Assembly (NCBI GenBank): GCA_024679065.1
Contig: JAGIQG010000027.1
Coordinates: 4,650,001 to 4,714,000, forward strand
From: Sphyrna mokarran
Lineage: Eukaryota
Direction: 5' to 3'
DNA length: 64,000 nt
The notes under the pieces were generated by a model, which searched no databases, was not told the DNA's origin, and saw nothing but the letters and a program-made list of their open reading frames with translations. Position 1 is the first letter of the stretch, and each line of letters opens with the position of its first letter. Below are positions 13,992-28,200 of the stretch, piece by piece. The translations under genes and the position numbers were made by a program.

Positions 13992-14418
13992 CTTGCGGTC
14001 TCATCCACGGGAACAGCTGTGTTGGAGATGAACTCTGTTCTGAATTCTCTGCTTCTTCTCCTAGGCTATTCGCCGTCGACTTGCAGTCGGGATATTGGAT
14101 CAGTTCGGCCTCTTGCTGGGCGGCGAAAATTGGCTGTCTTTGCAGGGCATCGTAGCTGTAGAAACTGCCGGCATCCCCGTGACACGTCACCGCACACGGA
14201 TTTTGTTGGTACGCGGAGGTGGAGAGGGTAGCAGCGCCGTGGTGGTAAAAATCCGGGATCTGGCTGGGATGTTGGAAGCTGCCCCCGGTGCCGGGTCCAT
14301 AAACCACAGTGGGTCTGCCGCTCAGGTCCTGAGTGAACCCACAGTCATAATAATTGGGGCGCAGAGTCTCCCCACTTTTATACTTGGAAAACAGCGAATT
14401 CACAAAGTAGGAGCTCAT
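13992..14418 (-). CDS. hoxb8: HoxB8 exon 1
   Basis: [40 protein letters not shown], donor G|GTGAG at 13992/13991. Confidence 0.97.
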
Positions 14419-15264
14419 TGGGAAGGACTAAGATCTTTCTGCTCAACGGAAGGAACTTAGTGTTTGCTAATCAGAGAAAAAAACAAGCCAAGATTTTTTT
14501 TAAAAATTAAATCTTCATCTTATTGATCTCAACAAATAGGGTCCTGGTATCACATCTTCGTGAAGAGGTTCACTCATAAACAGTTTTCTGTGATTTACTT
14601 CAGCCCAAATGAGTTGTTTCATATTTTGCCGTCTCTTTTCATGATAATTTGCATTTATTACCTCAACCACGTCCTATTGGCTTCGCCTACTCCGTACGGA
14701 CACTGCACCGCGTGAAAAGGGAATGGTGAGAGAGAGAGAGGGAATGAGAGAAAGATAGAGAGGGGGGAATATGCGGATTAATATATTCAACCATGTTCAT
14801 TACCGGGATATCAGCCGCTTTACAACAGATGAAATACATACGCCACCAAAAGATTGATAAGGGGAAGTATCCGCGCTGTTGTGAAGTAAAGGATAGACAT
14901 TCAGATGTTAATTTCCAAACCATTTAATGAGAATATGCGTCTCTTTTAAAGGTCAGAGTTACATCAACAAGACATGGCAATACAGTAGCAAACCAAAAAT
15001 CTAATTACTATCAACTTTGGATCTAATTGCTATTTTTCCTTCCAAGTTATTGCAGCATAGCGACAAGTACACTAATTGACAAACGCAAATTATTTGGGTT
15101 TTTTTTATAAAAAAATGTTTTATCTTAAGGAAGGGGGAAACTAGTGGTATTTAACAATTTAATGACCCGTCTTCCTATTATTAATAAAGCTTTTTATCTG
15201 GTACTTGGACGGACCTTGGAACAGTAACAGTCATCTGAGAACTATAGGAAAGAGATTAAGGAAC

Positions 15265-15445
15265 TATAAAGCGTAATAAAAGCACAGCCTGTTATTGTTT
15301 ATAACATGCAGTGAACGGCAGTTAGTGTTTTTACGAGAGGCTCTGCGCGGAGCTGTAAAATATAGGTTTTCTGAAGAGGGCACTCTATTGTCGCTTAATA
15401 TTTTAAATATAGGGCATTTTTATACAAAACAACTGTTATGGACTA
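15265..15445. promoter_or_regulatory. Cdx-site cluster upstream of HoxB8 (putative enhancer)
   Basis: GTAATAAAA, TTTATAA, TTTTACG, TTTTATAC and TTATGG within 180 nt, about 0.9-1 kb upstream of the ATG; a Cdx-dependent enhancer is known upstream of mouse Hoxb8. Confidence 0.5.
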
Positions 15446-17567
15446 TTTGCTATTGGATGGCATGTTACACCTCACATTTGATCTAATTAGAGGAGTTTTA
15501 CTTACCAATCCAGAGGTTTCTTAGTGAAAGCAAATGCACTGGCTCCTAATAAAGGTTCTTGTAAGCTAGCACAAAGCTCGCTAAGACGCGCATTAATTTG
15601 CTTCGAAAATATTTTTCTTTTTATCGTAGATCTGATGTTTATTTATGTTTCCGTATACATATAAAATATAGTATGTACAGTTGAAGTGATTTATAAAGTG
15701 TTAACATTACATTTTAAAATCGAGTATAAAGTTGAGTATTGTAACCTTTGCTCACGTTTTCAAATTGACCATTTAGTTTGAAACCACTAACGAAACATCG
15801 TAGTGATGATTTATGGTAAACCTGCATTATTTTAAGTTGATTTTTTGGGGATAATTGAAAACAAGGTATTTCCTATCGCCAAATAATCAGAAATCGGGTA
15901 TTACCAAGCCGAACCATTTTTCTAGCAAACCTCTTTGATTCTTTGATTTTGTGAAGTAGTCAAAATAAGTTATAATCGATCTGACACATCTTGGCAGATC
16001 TCCCGATGCATACTAAATCTAATCACGTATTTCAATTATGTACAAAAGGCTTACTTTGGGTTAGCATTCGAATTGTCCATAAAAAAAGGTCTCCTCCAAT
16101 CAACAGACTTTACGCCTCCGTAACAGTTAAAAAGCTAGTCAAAATAGAACTTGTTAGAATGCGAAGTGTAAAAGAAACTGTCGCATATCGGTGACAATGC
16201 GAATCTATCCAAATATTATCACAACCAGCGCATAATATATACCGATATTGGAAAGTCACATATTCTTTTTCTGATTATGAATCTTCCAATCATCTAGTCT
16301 TTCTATCTACCTATTGTTAATTTGTCTATGCATCATTTTATCCCTCGATTTATCTCCAGTCTATATGTACATAATGTTCCTTTATAGTCTCCCAATAATT
16401 CGGTGTTGCAGAAACACTGGTGTTTCTTGTGCTGCAGGCTTTCTTCCCATTCTGCAATGTAATGGCATATTTCAGGTGGCGAGGAAAGCACCGATGTTGT
16501 AAAAGTATCATTGTCTAAAGTTACTGAGTACAGCTGAGGTAGGGAATAATGAAAAGCACTGATAAGAAAATGTTATTAACTTCGAGCACGTGTAGCCTGT
16601 GAAATCTGCTGAACTGATCAAGTAACCCAATAAGATAACAGTGATAAAAAGGCGATCGAATGCCTTTTAAAGGGGCGGTGTGTGAAGTACCTCATCAATT
16701 CTAAAAAAACGATTCCGTTCTACAAACGCTGATGCTTTGTAGATTTGCTTTTTCTATAAGTGGCCTTCTGAAAAAAAAAACTGCTCGTAATAGGACTGAA
16801 TGAACTCAGTAGTTCAATAATTCATTGGTAGGTTCCTCTTAAAAACTTTTTCCTTTCTGACCATTGATACCTTTGGCTCAGCTTAAACTATTTTAATATT
16901 ATCTTTTTCTTTTCTCAAGGATCAAGGCCAGCGTTTCGTTTGTAATGTAAACTTTTACTTTCGATTTTAGTAACAGGATTTACTTTTTGTATCCGCTTCA
17001 TCCTGTTGAAATGTTCCTTGACCTTGACGCTATTAACGCTAAATATAACGGAACCGATTTAAAACAGGTTTACTGTGTTCAAAAAGCTAAGTTGATTGAA
17101 ATGTACTAGTGGTGGGGCATAGACCAAGCAAATACTTAAGAACGTGGCGAAGTTTGCACAAAAATGCTTTGTTAAGACGCAATCAGCTAGTTCCTTGCTA
17201 TTGTAACTGATTAATTATTTGAAGATCTTTTTGACGTTTGTAGAAATAAGATGATTTTTGGCGATAAAAGTAAACAATATCTACGACTTGCCCACCGTCC
17301 GGTCCGTGAGGGCTCACGTGATTGCTGTTTATTAGGTTTCAGGGCCATGACGTGCTTTGGAGGGTTCTGGACTGTTTACTCAATATTGTTTTTCCTTGTG
17401 TTTTGATGTATTTAATCTCTTTATCAGCAGCATGATTCATTTAATGGCTGAGATTCCATTTTGTTTGAAAGTGTTCAAATACATTTCCCGAGTTTAATTA
17501 TGAATGCATTCACATATTGTGAATTTCATTTGAAATCTCTATCAATCGTTCTCTCTCCTGCACATAG

Positions 17568-17603
17568 GCGCGCGCGCACACACACACACACACACACGTG
17601 CGT
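17568..17603. repeat. (GC)n(AC)n alternating purine-pyrimidine tract
   Basis: GCGCGCGCGCACACACACACACACACACACGTGCGT; could form Z-DNA. Confidence 0.85.
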
Positions 17604-19588
17604 AATGATATTCCAAGTATCTATCGTGAATGTAGATACATTTAAACATATGCATCTTAGTGAGAGTTACTTGCAAATGAGTTTTAAAAAGTAAACCTTC
17701 TTCCAATGACACTGTTTACAAATGGGGCTCTTTCTATCTATTTCTATATATTCTATGTATTTCCTCTATATTTATAATCGAAGCAGATTTCTCGTATTTA
17801 AGCACTCTTCTGAAACATGTAAAACAGCACAGCGAGATAGGATATTACAGGTGTTAATATTAACACATTAATTTCACTTTACATTCAGCTGTGACTGTTG
17901 TCTGTTATAGTAAATGGGATGACACAAATATTACTGATATATTTATGGATCTGTATTATTCTGTATTTATGTAACTTAATCAGCTGGGATATTATTGATG
18001 CGTTAAGCAAACGCAAATAATCTAATTGGAATTTAATCTAAAACTAATAGAAAGCAGGATCTTGTGCACAACTGAAAACATTACTAACTTTGTCAGATTT
18101 GGACTGTAAAACCACGGGCGTGTTATGTTCCTATTAGTGTGTCATATTTACAGACACAAAGGTGGAAATAAAGGGATGTACACGCATACAAGCATCTTCA
18201 TTTTTATGGGTACGTACCGCGCGGGATTGCAATTGTAAAATAACGTTGTTTATTTTCTATATACCTAATCATATGTCTTCATTTCTTGGGAGAATCATGT
18301 GAAATAATTAAAAAGCCAAAAATAAAGTATTACCGGAAATGTTTTATATTCGGCGTCCTTGTGTTCAATTTTATTTTTAATTAACTTATAGGTAACCTGC
18401 TATCCATAAAGTTATTGGAGGAACATGCGGTGCAGGGAAAGACTGAAATAGATGGTGGGGGGGGGGGGGGGGACAAGAGCAAAAACAGAGAAAGAGTAAC
18501 CCTATAAAAATATAGTTCTGCTGTTATTTTGGGCGAAATTCCAGTTTTGATTTTACGTAAGGTTATAATGAGGACAGTTCAATGCAAATTCGAATTCAAG
18601 AAACTGTCACACGCATCCTTTCGGTTATATATGAAAAAACTGCAAAGCTTGATTGAAGTAGCGAGACAAACAGATAAAGAAGTGGTTACCTAAATTGTTC
18701 GTGTTTTAAAATCATGCAACAAATAAAACGAAATCAATAACTTCTGAGAAAGAATAAATCAACAAGATCTTGGAACTAGTCCGGAGAAATTGTCCATGCG
18801 GCTGGCTATTACACTGAAAATGTGTGTGTGTGTGGCTTGTTGAAAGGAAGACAGTGTCACAAACAATAATCGATATATATACAACAGTGGAGGATGGATT
18901 CAATCGAAAGGCATGTGCACTGAGATGTGAGAAATGTAACGGGCCTGCAAGTTCATTTGGAACCGAAGCTTCCCGAGGTGTATTTTTTCGACGTAACTTA
19001 CTTCTACAAGTAAATACAATACGTTAGTCTCCCAATTCACAATGTATTCACAATTTCAAATAGGCAACTGCGAGTCAAACACGCAGTTTATAGGTTTTTA
19101 GTTGTGTGGAGGTATATTTAAAAGTGCGAATTCCTATCATTTTATGTATTTTCCAAATGTAGCAAACCTCGTGATTTCTCCATAATGGGAACCCGTCTGT
19201 AGTTATTGACGTTAGTCGTAGATTGTGGAATACTTTGCCGTAAATGGGCGAACTTACTTTATTGTGCTTTCTTCTCGTGCTTATACTGCAGTTTGAAAAT
19301 AACAGGATTGCATAAAACGTGGACCAGATGAAGTCATTGTAATGAAGATAAGTTTCAAATTATCATTAGTGATCAGTTGCATTCGAAATACTGAACAAAA
19401 TAGTTGACTGTGGTAAAGTTTTTTAGGATTAAAAAAATGTATTATTTTAGAAGAGGATCAATCAAGAAAGGCGGGGGAAAGTAAAGTGGAAGCTGGATGT
19501 TTTTTTTAATCTGGGTGTTGTATCTATTGAATTCCAGGTTCTAATACCGTGTCTGCGGATTTGCCACGACTGAGTTTTGGTGGAACAA

Positions 19589-19605
19589 TGCTGCCACCTA
19601 CTGGA
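19589..19605 (-). promoter_or_regulatory. CTCF motif between HoxB8 and HoxB9
   Basis: Minus strand TCCAGTAGGTGGCAGCA matches the CTCF core CCASYAGRKGGCRS with no mismatch. Confidence 0.75.
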
Positions 19606-22600
19606 ATCAGGGCGAAGTATTCTGGACTTCAAAAAAAGGGTGAAAAAAACATTAGCAAATATGCGCAATAGCGCGATAAAATCTGACTGTAAAGAATTCA
19701 TTAGGCTCAAACCGTGGCAAAGGAAGAGTGTTTAAGCTCTTCAATTCCTTCGACAAATACAATCGGAGATCGTACAATAAACCACATCCTAAGTGTCGTG
19801 CTGCAGTGAATTGATAACAATCTGAATTCCTGAAGAGCTGTAAAGTGGGGTAAGAAGAAAAAGAAAAAAGAGGGAAAGAAAGCTTTCAGGACTCTATTGT
19901 CTCTGAGTCCGAGTCTAAACAATTGAGCATTCTGCTTTAGAATAAAGTCCCAGGCATGGGCGCGGGGCTGTAAACACATCCAAAGACCTTACTCCAGACG
20001 TCTCGCCAGACTCTGTATAGCTTTTTATTGCAGCAATTTCTGGCAGCCTGAAATGGTTAGGAAGTAGAACAAAAGAGGGCGTCGCTTGCTTTAGAGTCGA
20101 AAATGCATATTGGTTACACCACAATATTCACCGCGATTTTCCCTAAACAAATTCAGTTCCTATATATATTTCCCTTCAGAAATAAAACACGAAGTTATAT
20201 TTTTATTGCTTGGAGCCTCCAGTTGTAAGTTTAATTTAATAGCTTCTGAAAGTTTTCCCTTTGCTGTGTTTGTTTTACAGACGTTCAATTCTTAACCTTC
20301 AGAAATTTATACCCTATAAACTTTTACAACGGTCATATTATTTTATTGCAGCACACCACACTGAATTTCCTATAATGATAGACAACTTCCTAACTCCTCC
20401 TCCACTGTGCTAGGCTCATTTCTGCCTTCCCCTTTTAAGTGTTTGTGTCTCCTGTGTTTGGGAAATAATGTTGAACTGAAAATAACTGATATTATATTGT
20501 TTCTAATATACGACACGCTGATACTGTAATTATTTAGTTCCAGAGCAGTAAAGGCTGTTTAAACGGCCACGTAATCCTTTTCTCTGCTATGGAGGTATAA
20601 AACGCTAAGCATAGATTTATTTTTTAATATAGCCACCAGAGATCCATGGTAGCACTTCCACTGAACCAACATAAACAGCAAGCTTTTAAAGTGGCGAGAA
20701 CCCCTCCCTCCCGCCTAATTATCCCTTGTTGCGTTGTCAACAATATGATAGTAACAAGAAATGTAATCATCTATATGCCATCTATATGAATATTCGATAG
20801 AATTGAGCAGCTTTTCTTTCCAAGATTGTGAAACAGACATCTTACTATTAGAGATTTGTGGAAAGGAATGTTATTTCTTGTTTAAAATGTAATTCCTTTA
20901 AGTTAAAGACGCTTCATTAAAATGTCCCATTAGCTATTTGTGGACACATTTTTAATGACATAGTCTAATTGAGTGTGTAATATTTAATTTCGTTTTTACA
21001 TTTTGTTCTTTTATCACATCTGTCAATGGAATGTATAGTATATAGGTTGATAGGCTCCTGCATTTATTTATTTTTGTTATGTTATAATTCTAATCTATAA
21101 TGTCTGTGTGCATAAATCCATATCTGCCTATGCATAAAGATATATATATATATATTTACACACATATATATGCACTCATACGTTGATAGGTAGATAGATA
21201 GAAAGATAGATGGATGGATTATACATACAGACAAATATAAACTATTTCATCTGCTAAATGGTGAGGTCGACTTAAACCCTCCAAAGAGAATAAGATTTCA
21301 GAAATAAGGTCTCATTTGTTACAAAATCAGCTTAAATATGTCGATTGGAGAAATATTAATTAGCACATTGATTATAATAGTGAGCAATGCGAATAAACTA
21401 TCAGAATATCAATAACATTTCCTTGTCAATAGTGTATGGAAGTTATTTCAGAATATGCAATCTCCTTCATGTGGAAGCACACGAAGAGTCTACTTTTGAA
21501 TTTCCAGAGCAATTCATATTATTGCAAAGCTGTTACGCTTAGTGTGCAAAACAAAAAGTAATGAGCTCACCACTTTCCGATATACATTGGATGATGAAAT
21601 ATGCAAAGTAATCAGCATTTAAAAACCTTCAGGAGTTTTGTTTCGAATTTGTTTTATGCAGAGGACAAAACAAAACCCAGAATGTTTCAGGTCCTCCAAT
21701 AACAAGTATATGGAAAATAAGTGAGCAACTTACAAAATATCGACCAATTCTGCCACGTTGAAACCATAATTTCTGCTTTTTACATTCATCTCAACAACTT
21801 GAGAATATGTCACACTCAGCGAGGCTCTGTGTTTGAGATTCCTTCATAAGAGGGAGGCATTTCATTGTTTGTGGGGTCACTTTGCTAGTTTTAGGCTTCC
21901 CCGCAGTTGCAGGCGTTACTCTACTGATGGCCCGCCATTGTGCCCAGTCTTGAGAAAGAATTTATCGGGAAAATGGGATAAAAATATTGAGCTGCTTTCT
22001 ATCCGTTGTCCGGTATAAGCACTGGCTTTGTCCTCAGAAATTGCTTCGTGGTTTATCAGATAAATAATCTGGTTTTGTTGAAAATTTAAGAATTGACTTT
22101 CTGCTCAGGCTTCTAAATGCCTCTGTTCAATGTTTGTAATTATTCAGATACCTTATTTAATAAATACCGCGATTTTCCTTTGTTTTTCTGGGTCTGGTTC
22201 TTGTGCATGAGTCACACAGAGAGCTTCACATTCACAATCAAGAATGAGACAAGACTTTAACAGGAGACACAAGGTCACGGGGAAATACCGTTTCCAATTT
22301 TTCAGCAGCATTTTATTTTGCAGCCGTTTTTGATACATTCACATATTTCCATCTAATGATTGTGATGCTAGGTGTACAAAGAACGGTGGGTTCAAAATAT
22401 TTTATACCATTCAGTGGGTTTAATTTATTATTATTATTAGTAATAAATCACATTAAAGTAGTGCAACCGCGCGCTGCTGTTGTCGGAGAGCTCCGGAAAA
22501 AAATAACTAAAAGTGAAGGTCACCTAGAAATAGCAATCATTTCATATAAAATAGTTAGTTCTTTTACCTTAAATGCAAAATTTGCACAAACACAGGAATA

Positions 22601-23682
22601 TAAACAACACTTCCACATCAGACAGAGACAGAAAATACTGAGAAATATTTAACAGGCTGTCAGCAGCAATGTTACTGCTTCTAAAATGTATCCCTTTGAG
22701 CTGAATCGTGTTGTCACCCTCTTTTTATATAACCCGTTCGTCAATCATAATTCGCCAGATTATTCCTAAACAATATTTTATTTCTAAAATGTCATGACAT
22801 TCTATACGACAAATGGTTAAACTTCGCTTCGACAGTTGAACTACAATATTAGAACAACGTTAAGAACGAGCCACGTGGTAAAACTACCCATAATTGTACA
22901 AACTCTTAGCAAAGGTGAAAGCTACTAATTTAAACCTTAACAGCATCGTACTGCTCATTAAAACAAAACCGCTAGGCCCACACTCGAACACACAGACAAG
23001 GGATTACAAAAGAAAGAGATCGTGAAATAGACTATCAATCGGTTTAAACAGTAGTTACAATTCCATTGAAAAACAAAAAATCTCAAATCAAAGAGATACA
23101 GGAATCGGAAAAACAGTACTTAAATCAACCGCATTATGATACGTCTTCGAAATGGATTATAAACATTCGTTCTTGCATGTAAACAATTAAAATAAAGTCG
23201 TGCTAAATCATTAGGAACAATAAAGATTAAATACATATATTTAATCGGAGGTTAAAAAAAATCCAAGCGCTGCTTTGGAACGCGGTCCATCCGGGTCTCG
23301 CGTCAGAGGCCAACACCAAAGCATTCACAGAAATTGTAGCAATTTATAAATAAAGCGAAGTTTCTTTTTAAGCCATAAAGAGAGAAAAGGTGGCGGGATA
23401 AAAGGCTCGCTGCTCTCTCTGTCTGTTACAGTGGATGAGAATGAGAGGAAGTTGTATCTCTTAATATCCTGCAATAAAATCCTTTACACGTGACTCTATT
23501 CCCTGAATGAATGCACTAAAATGTTCGAAATAAATAGCTGAATTGCTGGATGTTAAAACCTTACATTCTAGCCATTCTTTGCTGTGGATGCATGTTGGTT
23601 CTCTCAGAACTACCGTGCTTTAAGGATATATTGCAGTGACAGCAAAAACCTGCTACGCACTAAAGTTTAAACTTAAAGCTAG

Positions 23683-23924
23683 TCACTCGAACTCTTTTAC
23701 GTGCTCCTTACTGAGTCTTTTCATCTTCATCCTCCTGTTCTGAAACCAGATTTTGACTTGTCTTTCAGTCAGGTTGAGAAGCCGAGCTACTTCGTGCCTC
23801 CGGTCCCTGGTGAGGTACATGTTGAACAGAAATTCCTTTTCCAACTCCAGGGTCTGATACTTGCTGTAAGGACATCTTTTTTTCCTTGTCGAGCGAGCGT
23901 GTAGCCAGTTTGCAGAAGGGTTGT
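23683..23924 (-). CDS. hoxb9: HoxB9 exon 2 (homeodomain; not in the ORF track)
   Basis: Manual translation after TAG|AC: [83 protein letters not shown] at 23685-23683. Spliced CDS is 759 nt (252 aa). Confidence 0.96.
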
Positions 23925-24600
23925 CTAAGGATGAATGAAGGAAAAATAATCAGATCAGAATAAGAATAATATTGCTATCATATTTTCTCAATGCACTTCT
24001 AACATTATAATGTTTATGGTAGGATTTTCCCAAAATGATATCGATAGAGCTAAGGATTCAACTAGCATATGTGCATGTATGTATGTGCTGTACTGAGTAT
24101 TTTCTCTCAGTAAAGTGTATAAGTAAATTGGAAACATTTGTGTGGCTTAGTTTTTTTTCATCATCAGGCTTGCATTTGGGAAGTAAATTGGAAGATCCGA
24201 TTGCACTGCATAAGTTGTTTGATTTCTGCCTTGTCTGCAGCTTGACACAAAGATAATGTGCCGCACATTTTTTTTGTTCACAAGTTCTTCAGTAGATTAA
24301 TCCAAACGGAAAATAACAAGGGGGAATAAGTTTTATTCATTCAATAATTTATTTATTGCCTCCTGGAAGACAGACTGGCAAACCCGTCATTAAAGGTTTG
24401 CAGGTGGTTACTTTTGTAACCCATAAAACAGAACGGAGGCGTATAAAATAACAAGCAATATAAAACCAGTTAAATACTTGTGGCTAAACTGGAAGCAAAC
24501 TGCCTTTTAATTGGAACCTTATTTCAGTCGCGTTTTTGCGTGAGCTTCCTAAACTATTTTTATTCTAAGATAAATCAAGTACATTTCCCGAACAACTTAC

Positions 24601-25117
24601 TTTGTTCTGATGCCTCTTTGTCTCCCTTCTCTTCACATATACTGTCTTCATAGCACGGCGCTTTCCCGGAGCTAATGGTTTCGCTCTCCAAATACTCGCC
24701 ATGTATTTTTTGGAGCGCTGCTGGTAAGGTTTCGCCGCCGGGACCCGCGAGTACCTCTGTTTTCAATGAATCGTGACCGCTGGAAGGCATCCCGGGTAGG
24801 GAGACGGCCCTGGGGGTCGGGTCCAACCAGGACCGCATGTACCTGCTATCAGGCTGAATGGGGTGAGACTGGACGTATGGATGGTACAAAGTGGAGACAT
24901 TGGTAGAGGACTGAGCGTATACGGGGGCCCAAGAAGGACCGAACACGGGGGATTTCGGTTGAAAATTGCAAGCAGGAAATTCAGGGTGCTCTGGGACCCC
25001 CGGCTGTCTGGAGACTATATACTGGCCCGAAGCAAACTTTGTTGCAGGCGATCCCTCGCTTTCATGACTTATAAGTGAATCGACAAAATAGTTACTAATA
25101 GCACCAGAGATCGACAT
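24601..25117 (-). CDS. hoxb9: HoxB9 exon 1
   Basis: MSISGAISNYFVDSLISHE N-terminus, FQPKSPVFGPSW and DSRYMRSWL group-9 motifs, donor A|GTAAGT at 24601/24600. Confidence 0.96.
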
Positions 25118-25271
25118 TATCAAACATCATACACTTCGATTCATTGGGAAATTATATGTAAGAGTAGAAATTGTTCTCTCAACTTCTCAACTAACAAAGT
25201 AGAGTTAGCTAATATGTTGTGGGCTATCTGCGAAACGATTGGTTAAAGTTTTCATGAGGCCGACAAAGCGA

Positions 25272-25290
25272 CAATAAAACGTAAATCAAT
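25272..25290 (-). promoter_or_regulatory. HoxB9 promoter PBX/HOX plus Cdx composite site
   Basis: Minus strand ATTGATTTACGTTTTATTG (TGATTTAC next to TTTATTG), with a CCAAT box at about 25240. Confidence 0.55.
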
Positions 25291-28200
25291 CCGCAATGGG
25301 GGTTAAACAATTAACAGCGCCCCCGTATTAACTTCTTTTAGAGGAGAAATGGGGATTACACAACGAACAGTATTACACATATATATAGATTGTGCAACTA
25401 TCCTTAACAATATAAAATGCGATTAACTTTATAAGACAATCTTTTAAGGGACTATTTTGCTTCCTAATTAATCTTATCTCGTGTGACAAATTCTCACACC
25501 GGTCTCATAATCGCCAGTCTTATTGTTGCTGTTATTTGCTTAAACCTATAACGTAAGAAATGTTAAATGCAACAATTGTAGCAGATAATTCTTGTGGTAT
25601 TTGTGTTTGATGGGTAGAAGAAACTGGTGAGATTGGCGGTTTGGAACGCCCCAGATTTCCTTGACAATATTAGCTCGAGGTTTTAGTCCCATTGAAAGAA
25701 ATATGTGTCCGTTGTCTGATAACAACTACAGACATTGGATTGGTGTGAAAATGCGCATCACAAACCATGAGAAACCTTTCCGCCACATTTTCTTCAAATT
25801 TTAATTTGGACGAAAGTCCGCAATTAAGCAAGATTAGAACCAATTGGATTTAAGATAGTCTCTCGTTCCAGTTCCTGTATTTTCAACCAAGTATTTTAGA
25901 CCCTATTGTGATCTTTCAATGCTCGCAGTTATACTAAAAGACACGCTATCTATTATTTTGTATTATCACGCTGCGTGACTTTAAATTACCCACGAATGAG
26001 AACGGCAAGCCGATATTTAAGCAATATTGAACTCCGGTGAATGAGTGAATAATTCCAATGTATTAAAATTCTCCATGAATAGTTACAGGTTAAAGCCACG
26101 TCTTCCCCTGTTATCGTTTTCATTTGTTTTAGGAGACGCCATTTCCATTAGAATAAGTGCTAGGAAAGGTACTTGTATTTGTGCCGTGGAGCTAGAGTGA
26201 AACTGTTAATGGAAGTTCTAAGATCACTTTCGACTAGTGAAACGAGCAAATACCGAAAAAGTCATTGAGCAGTGGGGGATTTATTTGGGGAGAAAATCGT
26301 TCGGATACTCAATTTACAAAACCACTTTCTTGATGCAACTCATTAATGAAAACTAATAATATTTAACTTTGCATTTAACAAATTCATTTAGAAGATTGAA
26401 TGAAAAGAGTTTGATTGACATAATTGAGCTGACGCAAAGAAGTTGGGTTTGAAGAGACTTGGATATTCGTCAAACCGCAGAATGAGCAATGGCGGAAGCA
26501 AAGGGAACAAACACAAGTGGTGAATGGCTCGTGTGCAGTTTTAAAGTATATTTTTCATAGAATCAATTTTGGCATTGGCAACGTTTGATTTTATAAAATT
26601 GCTGATGAAAAACAATTCATTCAAGGAAGAAATAGGTTTAGGACAAAAATAGATGTTCGTTTCTTGGGATTCATGATGATACGGCTAATATTTCAGTTTT
26701 AATTTTTGGATTGTTATGGTGCTTGGCAGTGGATTCGTTACAACAGTGGTCTCTGTTAGGCTAGCATTAGGGAGGATAAAGACATTGAGTAAATTATAGG
26801 TTGAGGTCAACATCTGATTATTCGTTAATGTGAAGACATCCTGAATCTCCAGAAGGATCCTTTCGTTATAAAAATATTTTTCAATATTTGCAAGAAGTTG
26901 GCTAAGCTATAAGCCTCTATCATGTGAGTACCATTGAGAATATCCAAATATTAGAACATATCAATGTAAAACTTAATCAATGCGCTTAAGCTGGCCGTTT
27001 GCATCATGTAAGATGTATTTTACATACTTGTTTTGTATTTTAATTTGACTTGTTGGTATTGTATTAAATTAAAAACAACTACCGTAATCTCTTAAGTGCA
27101 TTTTCATTCAAAAAGTTCATTCCGCTTCTTTAATGATATCAAAAATTTAGGATAAATAAACGAGACTAAAATTAATTTAGGTCTATTTTACACTTCAAAC
27201 TGCATTTTAAAACCTGTTCTTAAAATTAGTAAGATGCTGACAGTTATGTTTCTGCTTAACGTGAATAGTATCCAGTCTAAATAGTTTAGGGAGAGTATTT
27301 CAACGGGAGAATTTTGCAGTTTAGGACCAAGACTTGCAAATCTAGTCCGAAAATTGGCATTAAATGGGTGTTTTAGTCAGCATATGTTGGTGATTGCTGT
27401 ATATGTTGTCAAACATTGCGGGTTCGAGCTGCGATTATTCAACAGCTTCGTTTGAAATGCATTTATAGAAACTTATTCTACTTATTTTGAACTCAATTTC
27501 AAAACTATCACAAATATGTATTTTCCAAAGTGTGAACTACCAGAAAATTAACTCATCATTTCATAGATCAAATAAATCTAAATAAATTATTTTATCTGTT
27601 TACTCAAAGTATGCCGAGGTTATCCCCTTATTTTCTGCTGAGAACGACAACTGTACTATGCAAATTACTGCACAGAGACACTCGCCTGTCTTTTAACTCT
27701 ATTATAAGAGGCAACCTGACACTAGTTTCATCTTTGTCCCTTGCCGTTGAGAATAAAATTCTGGATATCAAATAGACTCTTGCAATGTACTTTCTTTATA
27801 ATTAAAACTTGTCTTAAACGTACAAGCCGCAGTTTATATGAAGTGTTGAATAACATTGTCTCACGTTAAATCAAGTAAAAATATGCACTCTCAATCAGTT
27901 AGTAACAAGGAATAATTCTGTATTAGTAAGTAGATTAAGAGAGATTTTTTTTTAATTTAGAAGCAATATATCTTTTTAGGATAGAAACAAAGTTTAACCT
28001 GGGCAACAATGATTGGGAACCGCATTTTAACAATAATATATAAAAGGATAAATGAGCATATTGGTCCATTTCCAGTATAATTTCTGTCACAATAACATAT
28101 TTGTATGTTATTTGGGGCAAATTGTTTGGCTTTTCGTGCAAGTTGTGACTTCGTGCATTATATTTTAAACGTCCTTTAAGAATCACAGATTCGGATCTCT

